Of a DNA stretch of 64,000 bases, positions 1-23,851 are shown piece after piece; within the stretch, counting starts at the first letter, position 1; each line of letters begins with the position of its first letter. The notes below the pieces were generated by a model. The model was not told where the DNA came from and ran no database searches. It worked only from the letters and a program-made list of their open reading frames with translations. Source of the DNA: Tubiluchus corallicola. Taxonomy: Eukaryota > Animalia > Priapulida. Location: assembly GCA_030141605.1 (NCBI GenBank), contig JAQGDQ010000508.1, forward strand, positions 95,658 to 159,657, in the 5' to 3' direction. Both the position numbers and the translations under genes were made by a program.

Positions 1-1136
1 AGTCAATTTTTTCTTGGCATAGTAAAGGCATGATATCTTGTAATCCAGTTGAAACGAGAAAAGCTGCTAAATGTGCATTTCCACTCATCTCATCTTCCTC
101 TGGCAGTACCTCATCTCCCCAAGGAAGAGGTTCGTCGTGGCGATTACGCTGTGCAAGGCTGCCCAGACTGCCAATACTCGCATCAGCTGTAGTAGACGAA
201 TCAGCTATTTTACCATAGTCGATGTCATCATCAGTAGCTTGAATGGAATGGAAAGCATTTGCCATGGGGTCATGACGGAAAGCTACTTTACCAAATCCCG
301 GCCGTTCAAATATGCTTGACGAATACAAATTTTTGGTATCATAGGGAGTGCCATCATCACCAAAACCAGAGTCTTGACCTATCGTGTGATAGATTTCCGG
401 TTCAGAGGTAGCTCTGCCTAATCCTGACATTTTCCTATCAAACATCACACCATTTAGAGGTGACCTATTGCTTACACTATTACCAGCAAATAGTATTTCT
501 GAATCATGATGAAATCCGCGTAATGATGACATAGTTCTTTTCCCACCATCGTGTTGCCCAACTTTGAATTCATTGTTCATTGTGCCAAACACTTTCTTCC
601 CGTAAAGCTTTTTCTGTGTTCCACCTTTAGCCTTTTTTGTTGCCGTTGTGTTTGTGTAATCAGAGAAACGTGATGGCACACCAGACACTGTAGAATTCTT
701 TTTATTCTTGTTAAAGCCTGGAAACAAATTTCTTAGAGTACCCCTATCTGCTTTTCCAGGTGCAATATCTTCTGAATGCCTTCTCTCCCATTCCTGTTCT
801 TTCTGCTTTTCTTTTTCCATCTTAATTTCAGTTTTTCGCTGAAGTTTCTCAACTTGTTTCACCCGTTTTTCTGCATCGTGAAAACTTTTCTCTTTCATCT
901 TTGCCACGGTTTTTTTGTTAAGCGCACTCTGCTTTGCCACACATTCATCTAAATAGCCGACAACGTCCATGTGTTCTTCCATACCAGCCAAGTCAAGTGC
1001 TGTGTGGAACTGGTTATCCAATGCCCACATGTTGACTCCAAAATGAATAAGGAAAGAAACACAGCTGAAGTGACCATTGTGGGCTGCCCAATGAAGTGCT
1101 GTATTTCCTATGAGAGAGCACTTGTCCGGATCGCCA
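1..1136 (-). CDS. USH1G: USH1G/SANS (ANKS4B family) ankyrin repeat + SAM domain scaffold protein, coding exon 2 (runs off window edge)
   Basis: Acceptor ttgcag|TGGCGAT at 1136. Translates GDPDKCSLIGNTALHWAAHNGHFSCVSFLIHFGVNMWALDNQFHTALDLAG...KQSALNKKTVAKMKEKSFHDAEKRVKQVEKLQRK..., central motifs FKVGQHDGGKRTMSSLRG and SIFERPGFGKVAFRH, then LPWGDE...AFLVSTGLQDIMPLLCQEKID (start of SAM). This matches the recalled human SANS motifs in order. Open to position 1. Confidence 0.93.
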
Positions 1137-4100
1137 CTGCAAAGCAAACAAACATAACTTGATGAAACTGCAATTATAGTATTCAGCTAATAAGTCAGTA
1201 CTTATGTGATTCGAACCACCTAAATGGACAAATTATAATTATTATCAAGTGTTAGCATGCGGCCTGTGGGAAATTTTGCGAATTAATGATTTTTAATAGA
1301 GTTATAATTATTATAATGACATAACATGGTTACAGTGAACGCAGGTTTTCAGTTTCTGAAAGTCAGTTAGACACAGCCTTGTGGGTAAATGTGGACATTG
1401 TCATGGTTCATGCCAATTTCTAGAATGAATCTCAGTTATTTTTCCGTCAATCGCAGACCTGATTCTTCTAGGCAGTAACGTTAAATCCCTCATACTTTAG
1501 CGCCCACATAATTATGTAAAGGGAACGAAGCAACGAAAGATGAAGTTGTGTTTTTATTATGCACCTGGCGATTTAGAAAATGTAAATCCACTATATCTGA
1601 TTGGAGGCTGAGCTACACATATTTATGTAAATTTACCGAAGGTGGACAAATCGACTAATCATTAAATTAAATATTGCAGCGCACCGTGATGAATAATTAA
1701 ACGCCTAGGCAGGTTACTAACATCAACAATTAGTTCGAATTTGCATGCTAGTGTTTCTTTAAATAGCCCCCCCCTCCACAAAAACAATAGGCCTAGACAG
1801 TATTATTCCATTTCGACAGTTATAATTCATACACTCAGCAAAAATGTCAAGCTAACGTAAGCCCGCGGAAGTTAGTATTTGTTCCTTGGTTATTATCAGG
1901 ACTGGTGAGTATGCTGGAACGCGGACATTTGACAATATTTATACAAACATTTTGCACAAAAACTATGTCATCTGAAGTGTTTTCTAAATTTTTCACCTGG
2001 GTAGTTATATTAACCAAGCATAAATCCGTGGCATCATAATGTCCCAGATCCTAATTATTTTCCCGTTAGTTCTGCTGATAATGCAGGGTCACGTGACAAT
2101 AAATCGCAGGAGTGAAGACACCGCTTTTATTTGAGAGCGAAGGAGTCACAGAAAACTTGCAAGCTTGTAATTATTCTCTCAGTTTTACTTTTAATTTGAA
2201 CGAGAAATCAAAATGGTGATACTAATATATCTCCCTTCATTCTCTTAATGATATTTTACAACTGGGTGTGAATAAAAATAAATAAATAAACATGATGAAG
2301 ATGACAATCCTTAAAACAAATTATATGGTAATCCGAACTCCAACAGCGCTGAGGGCCTACATCTGGTTTCTTATGTTTTATAATTCGTCCAAAAAGGTGT
2401 TAAAGTGTGGAGCTAATTTTTATTTAACCTTCGCAACACCAGCAACGTTTGCAACATGTGAAACAACCTAGGAAACTGACAATGCTCTAAACCACAGTAA
2501 GTCACACTGTCACAGATTTTGACTTTGCCAGTGCTACGTGACTTAAAATCTCACATGGCTAATTCTTCGCTTCTCAATGTACTAACATCCTAATAACAAG
2601 GGCGTTTACGTGAAGTTTCATGTGCAGAGGCTGAGCCACAGGTGTACTTGATGAAATATTGATGACTTAGTAACGATCGGTCTCGGTGTAACTAAGGTGA
2701 ATAAACTCTGCGACTGCTCACCTGTAATTTTATAGGGGACGTTAAAACTCATGCACAACAAGCTTGTATTATTTATGCAAGTAAACTATCAATTTTAGTT
2801 TACCGGAATAGGACACACGCCAGCTATCACGTCGCACGTGGCAAAAAACGAAAAATTCTGTTGTTAATAACGGTAGTTCGTCTAATGTGTTTTAACAGAA
2901 TCACAAATTTATAACAGTAACATGATTCAAAAAGGTTGCCACTGCAATTATTGCATCGGTTTTAAAACATTCTGTGAAAAAAGTATACCCAATTTTACCC
3001 ATGTTGTGCTCTTAAATGTTCTAGAATACTATAGTGCTCTATACTATCCGATAAAATGCATAATATCATTGAGTGATCACTGCTACATTGTGTGATAAGA
3101 TTAACTTCGGTTTTAACTTAATATAGATTAACATAATGAGATTTTTTGCGACCAAGGTTGTTTACAATTCGCGATGAACTGTTTCCCTCATGCACTTTCC
3201 AATGGTGTGTATGGTACATTATTCTTTTGTGAAAAGACTTCTAAAGCAAACTTACATTATTAGTGATTTAAACCATGTGTAGAGATAACTGACAATGCCT
3301 CTGCAAAAATGATAAAGACTATAAGAATGTCCTACGTTCTCCCTCTTCACAGAAAATACCAGATAACACATGCTAAGTTAATCCGAACAATTCATTTGTT
3401 CCCTAAATAGAAAATTGCTCAGTATAGGATTATACGAGAGTGAGACCATTGTAAGGATAACCTAGTTACACAGAAAACTCTTTTCAAGAATGGTAAGGAT
3501 GACAGAGAACTTCATTTAATTTAGCTACAACAATAGTAGCTCTAGTAAGTATCTAGATTTTGTATTACAACAGCAGTACGTAATGTGACGACAACGGCGA
3601 CGGACACAGGCCTGCATGTCAATCTGTCTCGTGCTGCAACAGCTTACAATTGGTAGATAACATTATATTTATTATTTTGAGCCAGCTTTTCAATTAAAAA
3701 GATCACACAACAGTTAGGTAAATCCGCTTTATCTCACGAGACTTGAAAATTTTTCGATAGGTACAGACAGACGACAAAGCCGGAAATGGCAAGCCATAAA
3801 ATGATAATTTATATCATCCATAAAATATGACGCCTAGACTACGTAACTCAGACTTAACTCAGCCTCATTTAATTTTGAACTCTAGTCTCTTCAAACAAAA
3901 TATTATTATAACTTAATCAGAAATATTAAAATTTGCGGGACTGTACTGTATTACAGACAATCTGAACTTTAAAAATAATAGAATGTAACCTATGTTAAAA
4001 AGAAAAGCTTAAAGATGAAGTCAAAAGACACAAATCACCATCACTGCCGCCGTTTCTCACAAAGGTCTACGCTCATCTCGAATGACTATTATTTTGTTAA

Positions 4101-7100
4101 TTATCAACATAATTTTTCACTGCCACGGGTGTTTTGTTCACATTGCCATATGCCACATTGCTATCATCTCGGGCTTCATGGAGTATTTTTTTTGAATTTG
4201 CAAAAACAAAACGTGTTAAGTTAAGCAGTCAGTCGGAAAGAGTGTGTGAACAGTAAGAATCTTCAGAAACGGACAAAAGGTTTGCGTAACTATCATGTAG
4301 TTTTTACGTGTGTCACTGTCACGCACGTCCTCCTTTTCACTTGCATTCAACCTGATGTATTGCAACAAAGTGACCAAACTGGCATATGACTCATCATTTC
4401 CAGCGTTAATATAAACAAAAAATAACGTAATTACAAACCGTAAATATAGCTTAGTACACGGAAAATGTCCTTTACAAGGGCATAACTAAAATAACGTGTT
4501 CAGGTGTTCTCGTGGATGTGGCCAGGTAACGACCCCTCTATGACTCACTGGCTCTATGTTTTCCATGACCATCATCTTGAATTTAGAGGATTAAGCTTGA
4601 CAGTAAGCTAGGTAAAGTCCCACATGACCATCAAAGTAGCAGTTAGGAGGTACACTGCTCACAAAAAATGTATGAAAACAACCTATCGAACATATCACGA
4701 GTAACAACTATCATTAACTTGGACTATCGAAAAATTTAATCCAGCTAATAAAATCACAGGTAAAAAGTCACAGGAAAAAAGAAATAGCCCTACCCCATAG
4801 CCCAAACACTAACGCAAAGATGATAAACAAAACATGTTTTTTCACATGTAGTGCCATCACATATATATAGGATTGTCAATACGTACAAGTCATGTATTGC
4901 CAGCTAACAATTTATTTAAAATATTTTATTGCCTTCATTGTTTACGGTACTTAAATAAATTGTGAATAATTTGATCATTTTCGTTTGATTACCTGACATT
5001 CTTTCCTAACCAACGTTGTGACTTTAATCTGTAACTTTTTTCCTGTGAATTTACTACCGGTCACTGAAAAATTCAAGACTAGGGCTTACAAATATAAATG
5101 AGGTTACACCGTGCAACTTTGTTTTTTAACAATGGATTGAAAACTAGAAAGTACAGATAATCTGATTTGTTAAGGATTATACTTACCGCTTAACAGATTT
5201 GCAATACCAGAGAGTAGAGTTCACTGTTTCTTACAGGCGAGCGTAGGCGTGAAAGAAGAGCAAATTGCAACGGAATTTCGGCGAAGTATGAAAATAAAGG
5301 GTACTGGTACATAAAATGTTTTCAACAAATTATATCATTACAGAGAGATCACGTAAACCTTCGGCGAGTCTAATAACGTGTAGGGGGCGTTGTAAATTAA
5401 ACATTGGTTAGCAAAGTAGCAATTGACCTACAGATACATAATTTAGGAAAGAATAATTTAAGCCCATCTAGGGATAAGTGGGGTAACCTTTGAAGCCAAT
5501 TCAGTCTTAAACTACTCCTGACCTCAGCGGTTCCTGCAAACAGAAATGGGAAACCCTGATATTCTGTACGCTGAGCAGACAACTGATTGTGATAATTTGT
5601 AGCTGGGCAAATAACTGATTGTGATTTTTGCGGCTATTCATTACCTTGACTATATCTAACTTATTACTTTGACCTCAGCTATTCTGCAATTATTTAAAAA
5701 TCATTCCCCAAAATTTAACTGAAATATTGCGATTGAACTGACGTCAGTCGGGGTTCGTTTGGCATTATTATCTGACATCTGGTTATGCTCGAGCACATGG
5801 CTTGGACTTCAGCCATTAAGTCTGTAAAATGGTGCAATGTCACCAGTTACAGTAGACAACAAATTACATCTCAAGCTTAAGCCTAGTCTCATAGACAAAG
5901 TGCGACTATAATTAAGTTTTCTGTGCAATTTTAGGATCATTCACTTTAAACGATATTCACTTATGTGTCTGACTTCCCTTATAAACCGAGGCTAACATAT
6001 CTTATTGGTTAATTCTTTTGATTTAAAAAATAAATTACATCTTGAACAAGGTTGTGTGCCTTTTGGTAGGCTACTCGTGGCGGTATTGGTTGCACGGATG
6101 CAAACTCTTCATCAAATTTTAATGCATCGGCCTACTGTAGCTTGACTGTATATAGTTAGTTAATAAACACGCAGATAACAAAATGGCAACGCCCGCTAGA
6201 ATTAGATTAATGTGCCTATAAATTTAAATGGAAAATTAAACTGTCACTTCTGTAAAAGTATAATTTAAAATACTATGTTATGTAGAGCTATACTATGGTA
6301 TATATTGTAAAGCTGCAGTAAGTTAAAACTCTGGCATTATTTTGTGGTTATATAGGGAAATTTGCTTACTCATTGCGTGATTTAGTTGATTACACATAGC
6401 GTGCAACTTGTTATTACAATTTTGTGATAACTGCGAAAAAATAACTTGTGAACATTTCATGAAAGATATGCGGAATCTAGTCGGAAGTGACTGATCTTAC
6501 AAAAACAATTATTGTATCTCAAACATGAAAAACTGTTTTACGGAACTTATTGGTCTGTAATTTTGCTAGGGAACTTAAAAACCGTTTTGAAGAACGAGGC
6601 GACCACATAAAACGATATAAATGGCTGCTTTTGTTTACTTAGACTATGGTCATTAAGCTGTTCAGGTACTGATCTGCAACTCGCCAGGGTTAAAGCTTAC
6701 AAATTCTAAAATCTAAAGAGTGGCATGTATTAATGACTTTATCGAGTCTAGTTCAAGCTTATGCCATTTCTGTCAAAATACGCCTTCAGTGCAAACATTA
6801 CCAAACAAAATTCATGCGACCTTTGAGCATGTCAAGTACACTGATGACAGTTGCTAGATTTATGTTATAAGATAAGAATGGTAAAATCCGATATATAGCT
6901 TAGAACAGTTAACTTGCCATTTCAGTCTTGTGATCATTATTAATCAGACGCAAGTTACACGGAATGCCAAATAAAAATTACAGATTTCATAGAATTACAG
7001 GTTACAGTTGGTTTGCAGGGGTTGACATCCTAGCAAATGGGCAGAAGTTCCGACAGAACTGCGTGTTACCATATTAATGTGTATTAACTCGAAAACGGTG

Positions 7101-9634
7101 TTTACCCAGTGCAAGGCGCATGACGGATTTCAACATGGCCTCCTCCGCTTCCTCTGCTTTATTTAGTAATAATTTGCAAATAAACAAAACAACGAGAAAT
7201 TCCTCAAACTTAGCTGCTTATCGTTAATAAATAATCTACTTTATGCGCAGTATCAACTGAAAAACTAAATTTAAATCCAAAATTACGACAGATTCTGAGA
7301 TATTATGGCTTCTGTTAAAAATTATAAATTTAGTATATACTGTGCTACAAGTATAACCCGATTTAAGACCATTTCTCCGTGGCATATTGTACAGTTTGTA
7401 ATGACATAAACTGAGAAACAGAACTGAAGTATTCTTGCACGAAAATAAGAGTGTAGCATGATGAACTAATACATAATACGTGTTACGTCGGCATACTTAA
7501 CAACTGCCACACTTTTCAGTAAATATATAAACCATTTTAACTTTTTAACAATAAAGTAAAATGCAGTCAATAAAATCAAAGGTGAGAATTATTACTTTAT
7601 GGCTTAACACACCTGAAAACACGAGGCGAAAGTCCATACTTACAGTGTCAAAAGAGCAATCTGCAAATACAGTAATATTCAATCAGCTACTCTATTATGG
7701 TAGAGTAGACTATAGGGTACTACCGTAAGTCTTTTCGACATCTTTTTACAAGAATAGGAGAAATAAAAGCCATGGTTTCCAATTTACATGTAAATTTAGT
7801 CAAGTTTTCACGTTAACAAGTACAATGTATGCTACATTTCCAAGTTCCTATATACCATCACAACGACAGAGTAAGTAATCCCCACGTCATTTGTTAAAGC
7901 CCAAATTGTTATAACCGTTTACTGCTTTACCTGCAGCTATATAATTTGCTCCACACCTCCAGGGACCTTGTTAAACGTTTGTAAAACATGACTTTCAAAC
8001 AGCTAAAAATCGCAAGTGAAACATTAATATGGCACAAAGGCAAAAAGCAGAGTCCAGAAACTCAAAATGATTAATAATTGATTTACCCTTCACGAACTAC
8101 CTACAATTTTGTTACTTAGATAGCTACTTTGACGCCACCTTCTTATTTCCCTAGCAGGAAAGAAACGTAAAATTTGTGCTGCAGAAAATAACAGCTATTT
8201 GCGCTTTTCACGAAATGTTCTACAATGACAACAGTCAGTGTTTTCGTTCCATTGTACAGTGTTATTACATAATTAGATGAAAACGCTGATCCTATAATTA
8301 TTGCAGTTTTCAAAACATTATAACAGGCCCTAATTTCACTTTCACCCCAGTTCATCACATTGGCCGAGCAACTGTAATAGATTGCTCTAAAGTTATGTCA
8401 CTTAAATAGAACAGACTCGCAGTGTAATTATTATTATTATGCCAAACAACCTGCCAAGAGTTTTATTTCTGGCCAGACTGCTGTATCTGCATTATATGGT
8501 TTTATACATCACTTAGCCAACCGGACATCGTTCTGAGCACTTATTTATTTACTCTTGGGCCTAATCTATTAGCTGTATACATAGGCCTAAGCTTTACACA
8601 AACAGTCCTATAAATATGACTTGTTGCATTAAGTGTGAGTTATGAAGAGTTTCTGTTGAGCAGACGAACATAAACGTGTCAGTTTACTGCAAAATATTTA
8701 ATTAATGTCTTAGATGGATACTGTACAATGTACACTAGACGACCTCCATGAATATAAACAGTACAGCATGATAACTAGATGTATCACACGACGCAGCATC
8801 ATGACTACAAGTAAAAGTCATGAATACAACAGCATTCTTGAAATAAGTGAAGTATTGTATTTTAATTAATTGAATTACTATTAATTGCACCAAAATATCA
8901 TTTTAAATATTTTGAATGGTTTGTGTTACAACGTTCTCTGACATACAGTTTGTACTTCAAAATGGAAGAATGTGCTAAAGCATATATAAAGCAATACACT
9001 ATGCAAAGAAAGACAGAATGCTAAACAATCCCACGAATATCAAATTGGGTTGCATAATAGAATACGGTGAACGGTAATTAAGTCACAGAAAAAAATCACA
9101 ATTTTGGCTACGGTTAAGGTTAGGTGTCAGGGTTAGGATTATTTTTTACACTGACTTTTTTACTTGTAACTTTAATATTATCTGGATTCTAAAACACATG
9201 TATTTACAATGAATAAGAACCTACAAAGTCTAAAAAAACTTGGCAAATTAAAAAAGTGATACTAGTCAAAACTGACAAAAACCATAGAAAGATGGTGCTT
9301 AAAAATTTATGAATTTGTGCAGTAAAATTATATAAGTCCATAATTTAGAACTTATGCCCATAAAACATCATTAATTTTAATCAGAAATTACATAAGCATT
9401 TCAATCAATAATTATTCTTAAAGTATACATCCAAGTAATATTTATCACACAGTACGTGCCAGCACTAAAAGCAATTTTACTCTCTTTTTAATTAGTTTTT
9501 TATACTTTAAAAGTCATTCAGATAAAAAGATTGCGAAAGGGGGGGGGGTCAACGAGACAAAAGCTTTCAGGTTACAGGGTTAACTTCGATTATCTAGCAA
9601 CATTTCTCAACCACAAAGCAAATTTTATACTAAC

Positions 9635-9801
9635 CCACGATAACAAATGAGGCGCAGGGCATCCAAGTTGCCATGAAAAGCCGCCCACAACGTTGGCGTC
9701 ATTCCATCTTCGTCCGGCTTGTTTAAATCACGTTTATTTCCTTCTCGAAGCAGATCCAAGTAGCCATCTCTGGCCGCCTTGTGAAACTTATCGTCCCCCA
9801 T
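9635..9801 (-). CDS. USH1G: USH1G/SANS coding exon 1
   Basis: ATG at 9801. [56 protein letters not shown] closely matches the SANS/ANKS4B N-terminus. Donor GG|gttagt is phase 2 and joins exon 2 in frame. Confidence 0.93.
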
Positions 9802-9959
9802 ATCATGGAAAACTTACACAACTTTACGGCAAAAATGAGCGCTGAACACTTGGCAAGATAAAACAATGTACGCGGCCGTATTTACACATACTAAATCTGC
9901 GCTGACTGTACCACCAATACTCTCTACTCAGTCCAACAGCAGTTACAATCACAGGCGAA

Positions 9960-9990
9960 TGACGTCACTCGACTGTTTCACTCAGGTAAC
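9960..9990. promoter_or_regulatory. Candidate USH1G proximal promoter elements: full CRE palindrome and a loose X-box-like motif
   Basis: TGACGTCA at 9960-9967 and GTTTCACTCAGGTAAC at 9975-9990, 160-190 bp upstream of the ATG in a locally CpG-richer patch. Motif match only. Confidence 0.3.
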
Positions 9991-11226
9991 GAGCAAAGGT
10001 AAACTGGAAGGTCTCACGACGCCAAAATATCCTATCCAAGCGTAGAATATCACACGAGTAGTTTTGCCGATCGGACCAGCGACCGGGCACTGATTACTTT
10101 GCCTCGCAGATAGAGTTTTTACCATAGCATAATTATAATAATATTTAGCAAGTTTAACAACTACAGTCTACGGTGCATACGCCTGTAGTGAAGGCGTAGT
10201 AACTTCTTTATTTAATGAGTGTTTTTGGCGACAATAAAAAAACTTTAATAAGGTTTATGTAAAATATTTGAAAGTTACACAAACCCAGATGATATCTAAA
10301 CATTCTTACTTTATACGATCACAGAACATTTTTCAGCTGTATAATGCATTCTTTTATAGGGTTATACTATAAACTGTTTGGTTTAGACGTACAGTCTTAA
10401 ATATCTGAAGAATGCGCAATATTGAATTAGACAAATTTTATAAATTGTCACTGTTATTAATTTTTACAATAATTTTGACAAATTGACATGTAATTATAAT
10501 TAACTCTGTGTAATTCTACTGGAAGTTAAAGAAGACAAATGTGCTAAATGTTGAACTAGAAGCTTTAGAATGAAGACAGAAAAAGGCTTGCATCAAAAAC
10601 ATTACTAAACTAATTAAATTTGAAACTGCACTGTTACCAAAATTACATTATTCAATTAGATGAGGCCACCAGTTTACAATACCAAAAGTGATACGAAGCA
10701 GATATAAAATAGTTTCATACCTATATAGCTGCAGTTCTGTTTAGTAATAATCATGTCCATAAATCGTAAAACAAATTTATTTTTTCAATTCAAAATATTT
10801 TTATGTGTAATACTGTATGTACATTTTTATCTAATTGTAATATCGAAGTGCATTTTTAAGCATAATGCATAAAATCTTAAATCTTGAGTTAAATAACTTT
10901 CATTTTTATAAATAAAACATTCAATCAAAAACCAGAAAGAAACAACTTCTTGAAATAAAGCAGTATTTTCAGTCATTATACAGCTAGTTAATTAATCACC
11001 GCCAAACACTAGAGCTTTAATACAAATTTATCCGTGTTTTCAGCCAACTTAACCCATATGCAGTGAAGGGAAAGCCAAGCAGGTAAAATTACCTGCACTT
11101 TAATAGCTTTTGCTGCATTTTGGAAAAATAAAGGCAACCTATAATCAGTGTGTTGCTGAGAAAAATAAAGACAAGTTCAAATGCTCCTATACATAATGCA
11201 TTAAAGAGATCTATTTATTAATGTTA

Positions 11227-20441
<9,215 letters not shown>

Positions 20442-21689
20442 CGCATAACACTAGAAAACAAGTCACACTGAAAAAAATTAATTTTTGAAGAAATTATTGT
20501 AAATTATAAACAAGCTCAAAACATGCTGCCCTATACCATAACAAAAAGTATGCATTTAAAAATTTTCAGTTTCACCTAGATGATCAAAATAAGTTGAGGA
20601 AAAAACGTAAATGTGGTGCTTTCAACACACTTGCATTCTGTAGTTGTCATAAACTAGATGTATGGCTTAATTAATAATAACAACGATGACAAAATTGCAC
20701 CAAATTATAAGTTTATAGACACTTATTACCATCATTCATGAACGGAAACTTTGAGGTGCAATTAAAATTTACCTACTTTTAGCTACAGTTAGCTATTTTC
20801 AAATGTTTATGCATATACATAGAGATAACCATCTAAATGTTTAACATATATCTTCAGGACATAAGTCTTAAGAACAAAAAAATAATTAACTGAATAAAAT
20901 AATAATTCTAAAGAAAATATAATTAATATGATGGCATAAGTGTATAGTACAGGAGAACGGGTAGCAAAAAACTGAATAGTGATCATGTTATGTCATTGTC
21001 TTGCTGTCAGCTGTTTAGGCAATATCAGTCAGTTTTGCAAAAAATGGGAAAAATTGACTTCACTTGCCAAAAAGCAATGGCTTGATGGATTACCTAAAAA
21101 CTCTTGAATGACTACACTTTAAAGGGTATGTTATTATTTTATAAAAGAATGAAATAAACATTTAAAATAGTTTTTAAATAAATGTACTTGTTATTTGCTA
21201 GATTGTACTGAAGTGGAACTACTTAGAATGAGCTGTAATGTGTATTGCTTGTTTTCAAAAAGCGGAGCTTGCTAGGTTCCAGCATGTGCTCAAAGAAGAC
21301 AGAGTTGTCACTCAAACTATTTACTTTCACCCTTCAGAAGCACAGAAGCAGCACTAACTGCCATAATTACAGCATCACATATATTACTTCAGTGCCAGTA
21401 AAGGGATGAACAGCTTATCTAGCTGTTCACCAACATAGCAGCTCTTGACTGCATAATTGCAACACGCCTGGAGATTAGCTGTCATGACGCTCTTGTAGAC
21501 TTACTGTCTGTCTGAAAATTTAAGCGAAAAAACAGTAGAGCGAGCGCGAGTGCCACACGTGAAGCTCAACATCGTAAGTTTACAGTTTAAATCAGTAATT
21601 CTTGTATTGAAGGTATTTCATATTGTATTAAAGTTTTGAAAAAATAGCTAGTGCCAATATTGCAATATTACCATTGTCATCATCATCAT

Positions 21690-23560
21690 CATCACCACCA
21701 TCATCAAATCCTCATTCTATCTGTTGTAGACATTGAGAGCATTCCACCCACTTCTATCTGCAGCTAACAGTATAAGTTCTTCTGCTCCTAAAACTAGCTA
21801 TGGTTGAAGTTTTTGTACACCTTTATTTATCTTCGCTATCCAAGTGATTTTTGGTTTGCTAGGTGATTTTTTGCAAGGCTTAAAGTCTTGTCTTCTCCGA
21901 TTCTTACTGATGTGTCACTAGGTAATCTGAGGTGTCCTAACCATGTTAGTCTTTGGAGCTTGACTTTTGCACTCCAAGGAATTTCCTTTATTCCAATGTG
22001 TAAATCTACATTTCTGATTATGAAAGGTTATCTTATTATTAAAATTTCCTTAGAAGACTTCTATGAAATATATCAATCTGCTTTTCTTGAGTGATTGCCA
22101 AGCCCTATTTTTGCTGTTGTCCATAAAATATGTTAGTAACGTATGCATCAAATTATCGAAGTCTTGTGTTAAGACTTATTTCTTGACAGTTAATACACTC
22201 TTGTGTTGAACAAAAGCAAGCTTTAATATCACCTTCAGTGTTGAAAAAAATGCACATATATTTACGTGTGTTCCATGACTGATTATCACCTTTTGCAATA
22301 TTATACTCTTCTGTTTTAGAACAATTTTTAGTTTTTTTTCGGAAACCCCCTTTTCACTACGTCTGTTTGAATATCTGATACTCTAATCCAGCTTGCATCG
22401 TCTGCGCATTCTTAATCAACTAGGAATGGTTCATAAGATTCCAAAGCAGAAAGGTGTGGTCCAGAATATGCTGTGAAACATTATCGCAGAGTGCAGCATC
22501 ATAATCAAGATCATCATTTGGAAGAGTTTGAATTTTAAGTGCATTTTCCAGGTAGAGCTTGAAAAGTACAGTCCACATGAGAGACCCCAAAACTCAAACT
22601 AAAAATTCTTCCTATGATATTCCCAACTTTTACACTACATTTAACATCATCATATTATCATTATCATCATATTATTATGTGTGCATTCATAAAGGACATA
22701 AGATTCTGAACCTTCTGCTGCAAAGCATTTTGGTCCTTAGGTACTCTCCAGGATTAAGTGTATTTCACAATTAGAGATGTTCCATTCAGGTCTTTTTATG
22801 TGAAATCAATTCACGTAAGTAATTTGCTGCCTCTTGGGCTCCTTGATGGTTGATAAGACCATGGAAAACTTTATCAAGTGAGTTATCTTCTTGTAACCTT
22901 AGAGCGTGACCCGCTCAATTAAGTCTTCAGCGTTTGATCTTCCTCGTCCATTTTTCTTCCTAGATTTAATCATACAAATCTTTGTTGTTTCATCTCTAGG
23001 TGCTTTTACGTTCTAAAACAGCACGTCCCACCTATTGATGCCATGCACTTCTGTCCACTGCCACCTCCCACGATGCATTATCCCTTAAATCTAGAGTTGT
23101 GTTTGCTAGATCTTTTTGCGGCAAATCTATGTAATGCTATAGGAAGAAGAGAGTCTTCGAGTAATCTTAGTGCAAGCCCAATCTAGTGCAATCTTCCTAC
23201 TTGTAGTTGTATTTGTTTAATCCAAGGATTCAAGTTTGTTGCTTTCTTCTTTCTTTTGTTGCTCTAAACATCCATTATAGACACAAAGCCTCTATCTTTA
23301 TTAGAGCACTCTACTGTTCCTCCACTCTTCCTGTAATGCCATTGTATAATGTTAAGTTTGGTTCCAGCTGTCGTAAATCTTTAATTATTAATTCTTGAGA
23401 TCCAAGTTGTTTTTGGTTTGCCTGGAGTTGGTTTAGTAGGTATCAGTGACTAGTTTAATGCTAATCGTACTGGTGCTGTTTTTGGCAATCTCATAAAATG
23501 TCCTACCCATCTTAGCATTCTGATTTTCGATAATAATAACAACAACAATAATAATAACAA
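21690..23560 (-). mobile_element. Cluster of decayed RTE-type non-LTR retrotransposon 3' fragments
   Basis: Minus-strand remnants with stops and frameshifts: MLRWVGHFMRLPKTAPVRLALN*...PGKPKTTWISRIIKDL (~23520-23370), KVKLQRLTWLGHLRLP and KPKITW (~21970-21830), SLNTRLR*FDAYVTNIF (~22180-22130). Short (TGA/TAA)n tails. The RLxWxGHxxR...RPKxTW pattern is characteristic of RTE C-termini. Confidence 0.7.
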
Positions 23561-23851
23561 ATTTGTTGCTTTCTTTTTCAAATTCTCATTCCACCTATTG
23601 TAGGCACCGAGTAATCAAGATTTTAGAGAATTCTACCCATTTCTATCTCCAGCTTATAGCGTAAATTCTTATACTCCTTGTTGTTGCTTACAATTTCATT
23701 CGTTACGTTGGTACCTTACAATACGGGAGCTCTGTGTACAGTTTATATTATGGTATTTAAAGTTTATTCCGGTTTTATTGTGATTGTCTGATTTCCACAG
23801 TTCGATCAAAAGCCGCATTCCCTGTTCGGTGCTCAAGGGTTCAGTGTTCAC

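Noticed and set aside
30-1162. Short plus-strand ORFs
   Set aside because: Antisense to USH1G exon 2, with no independent protein features.
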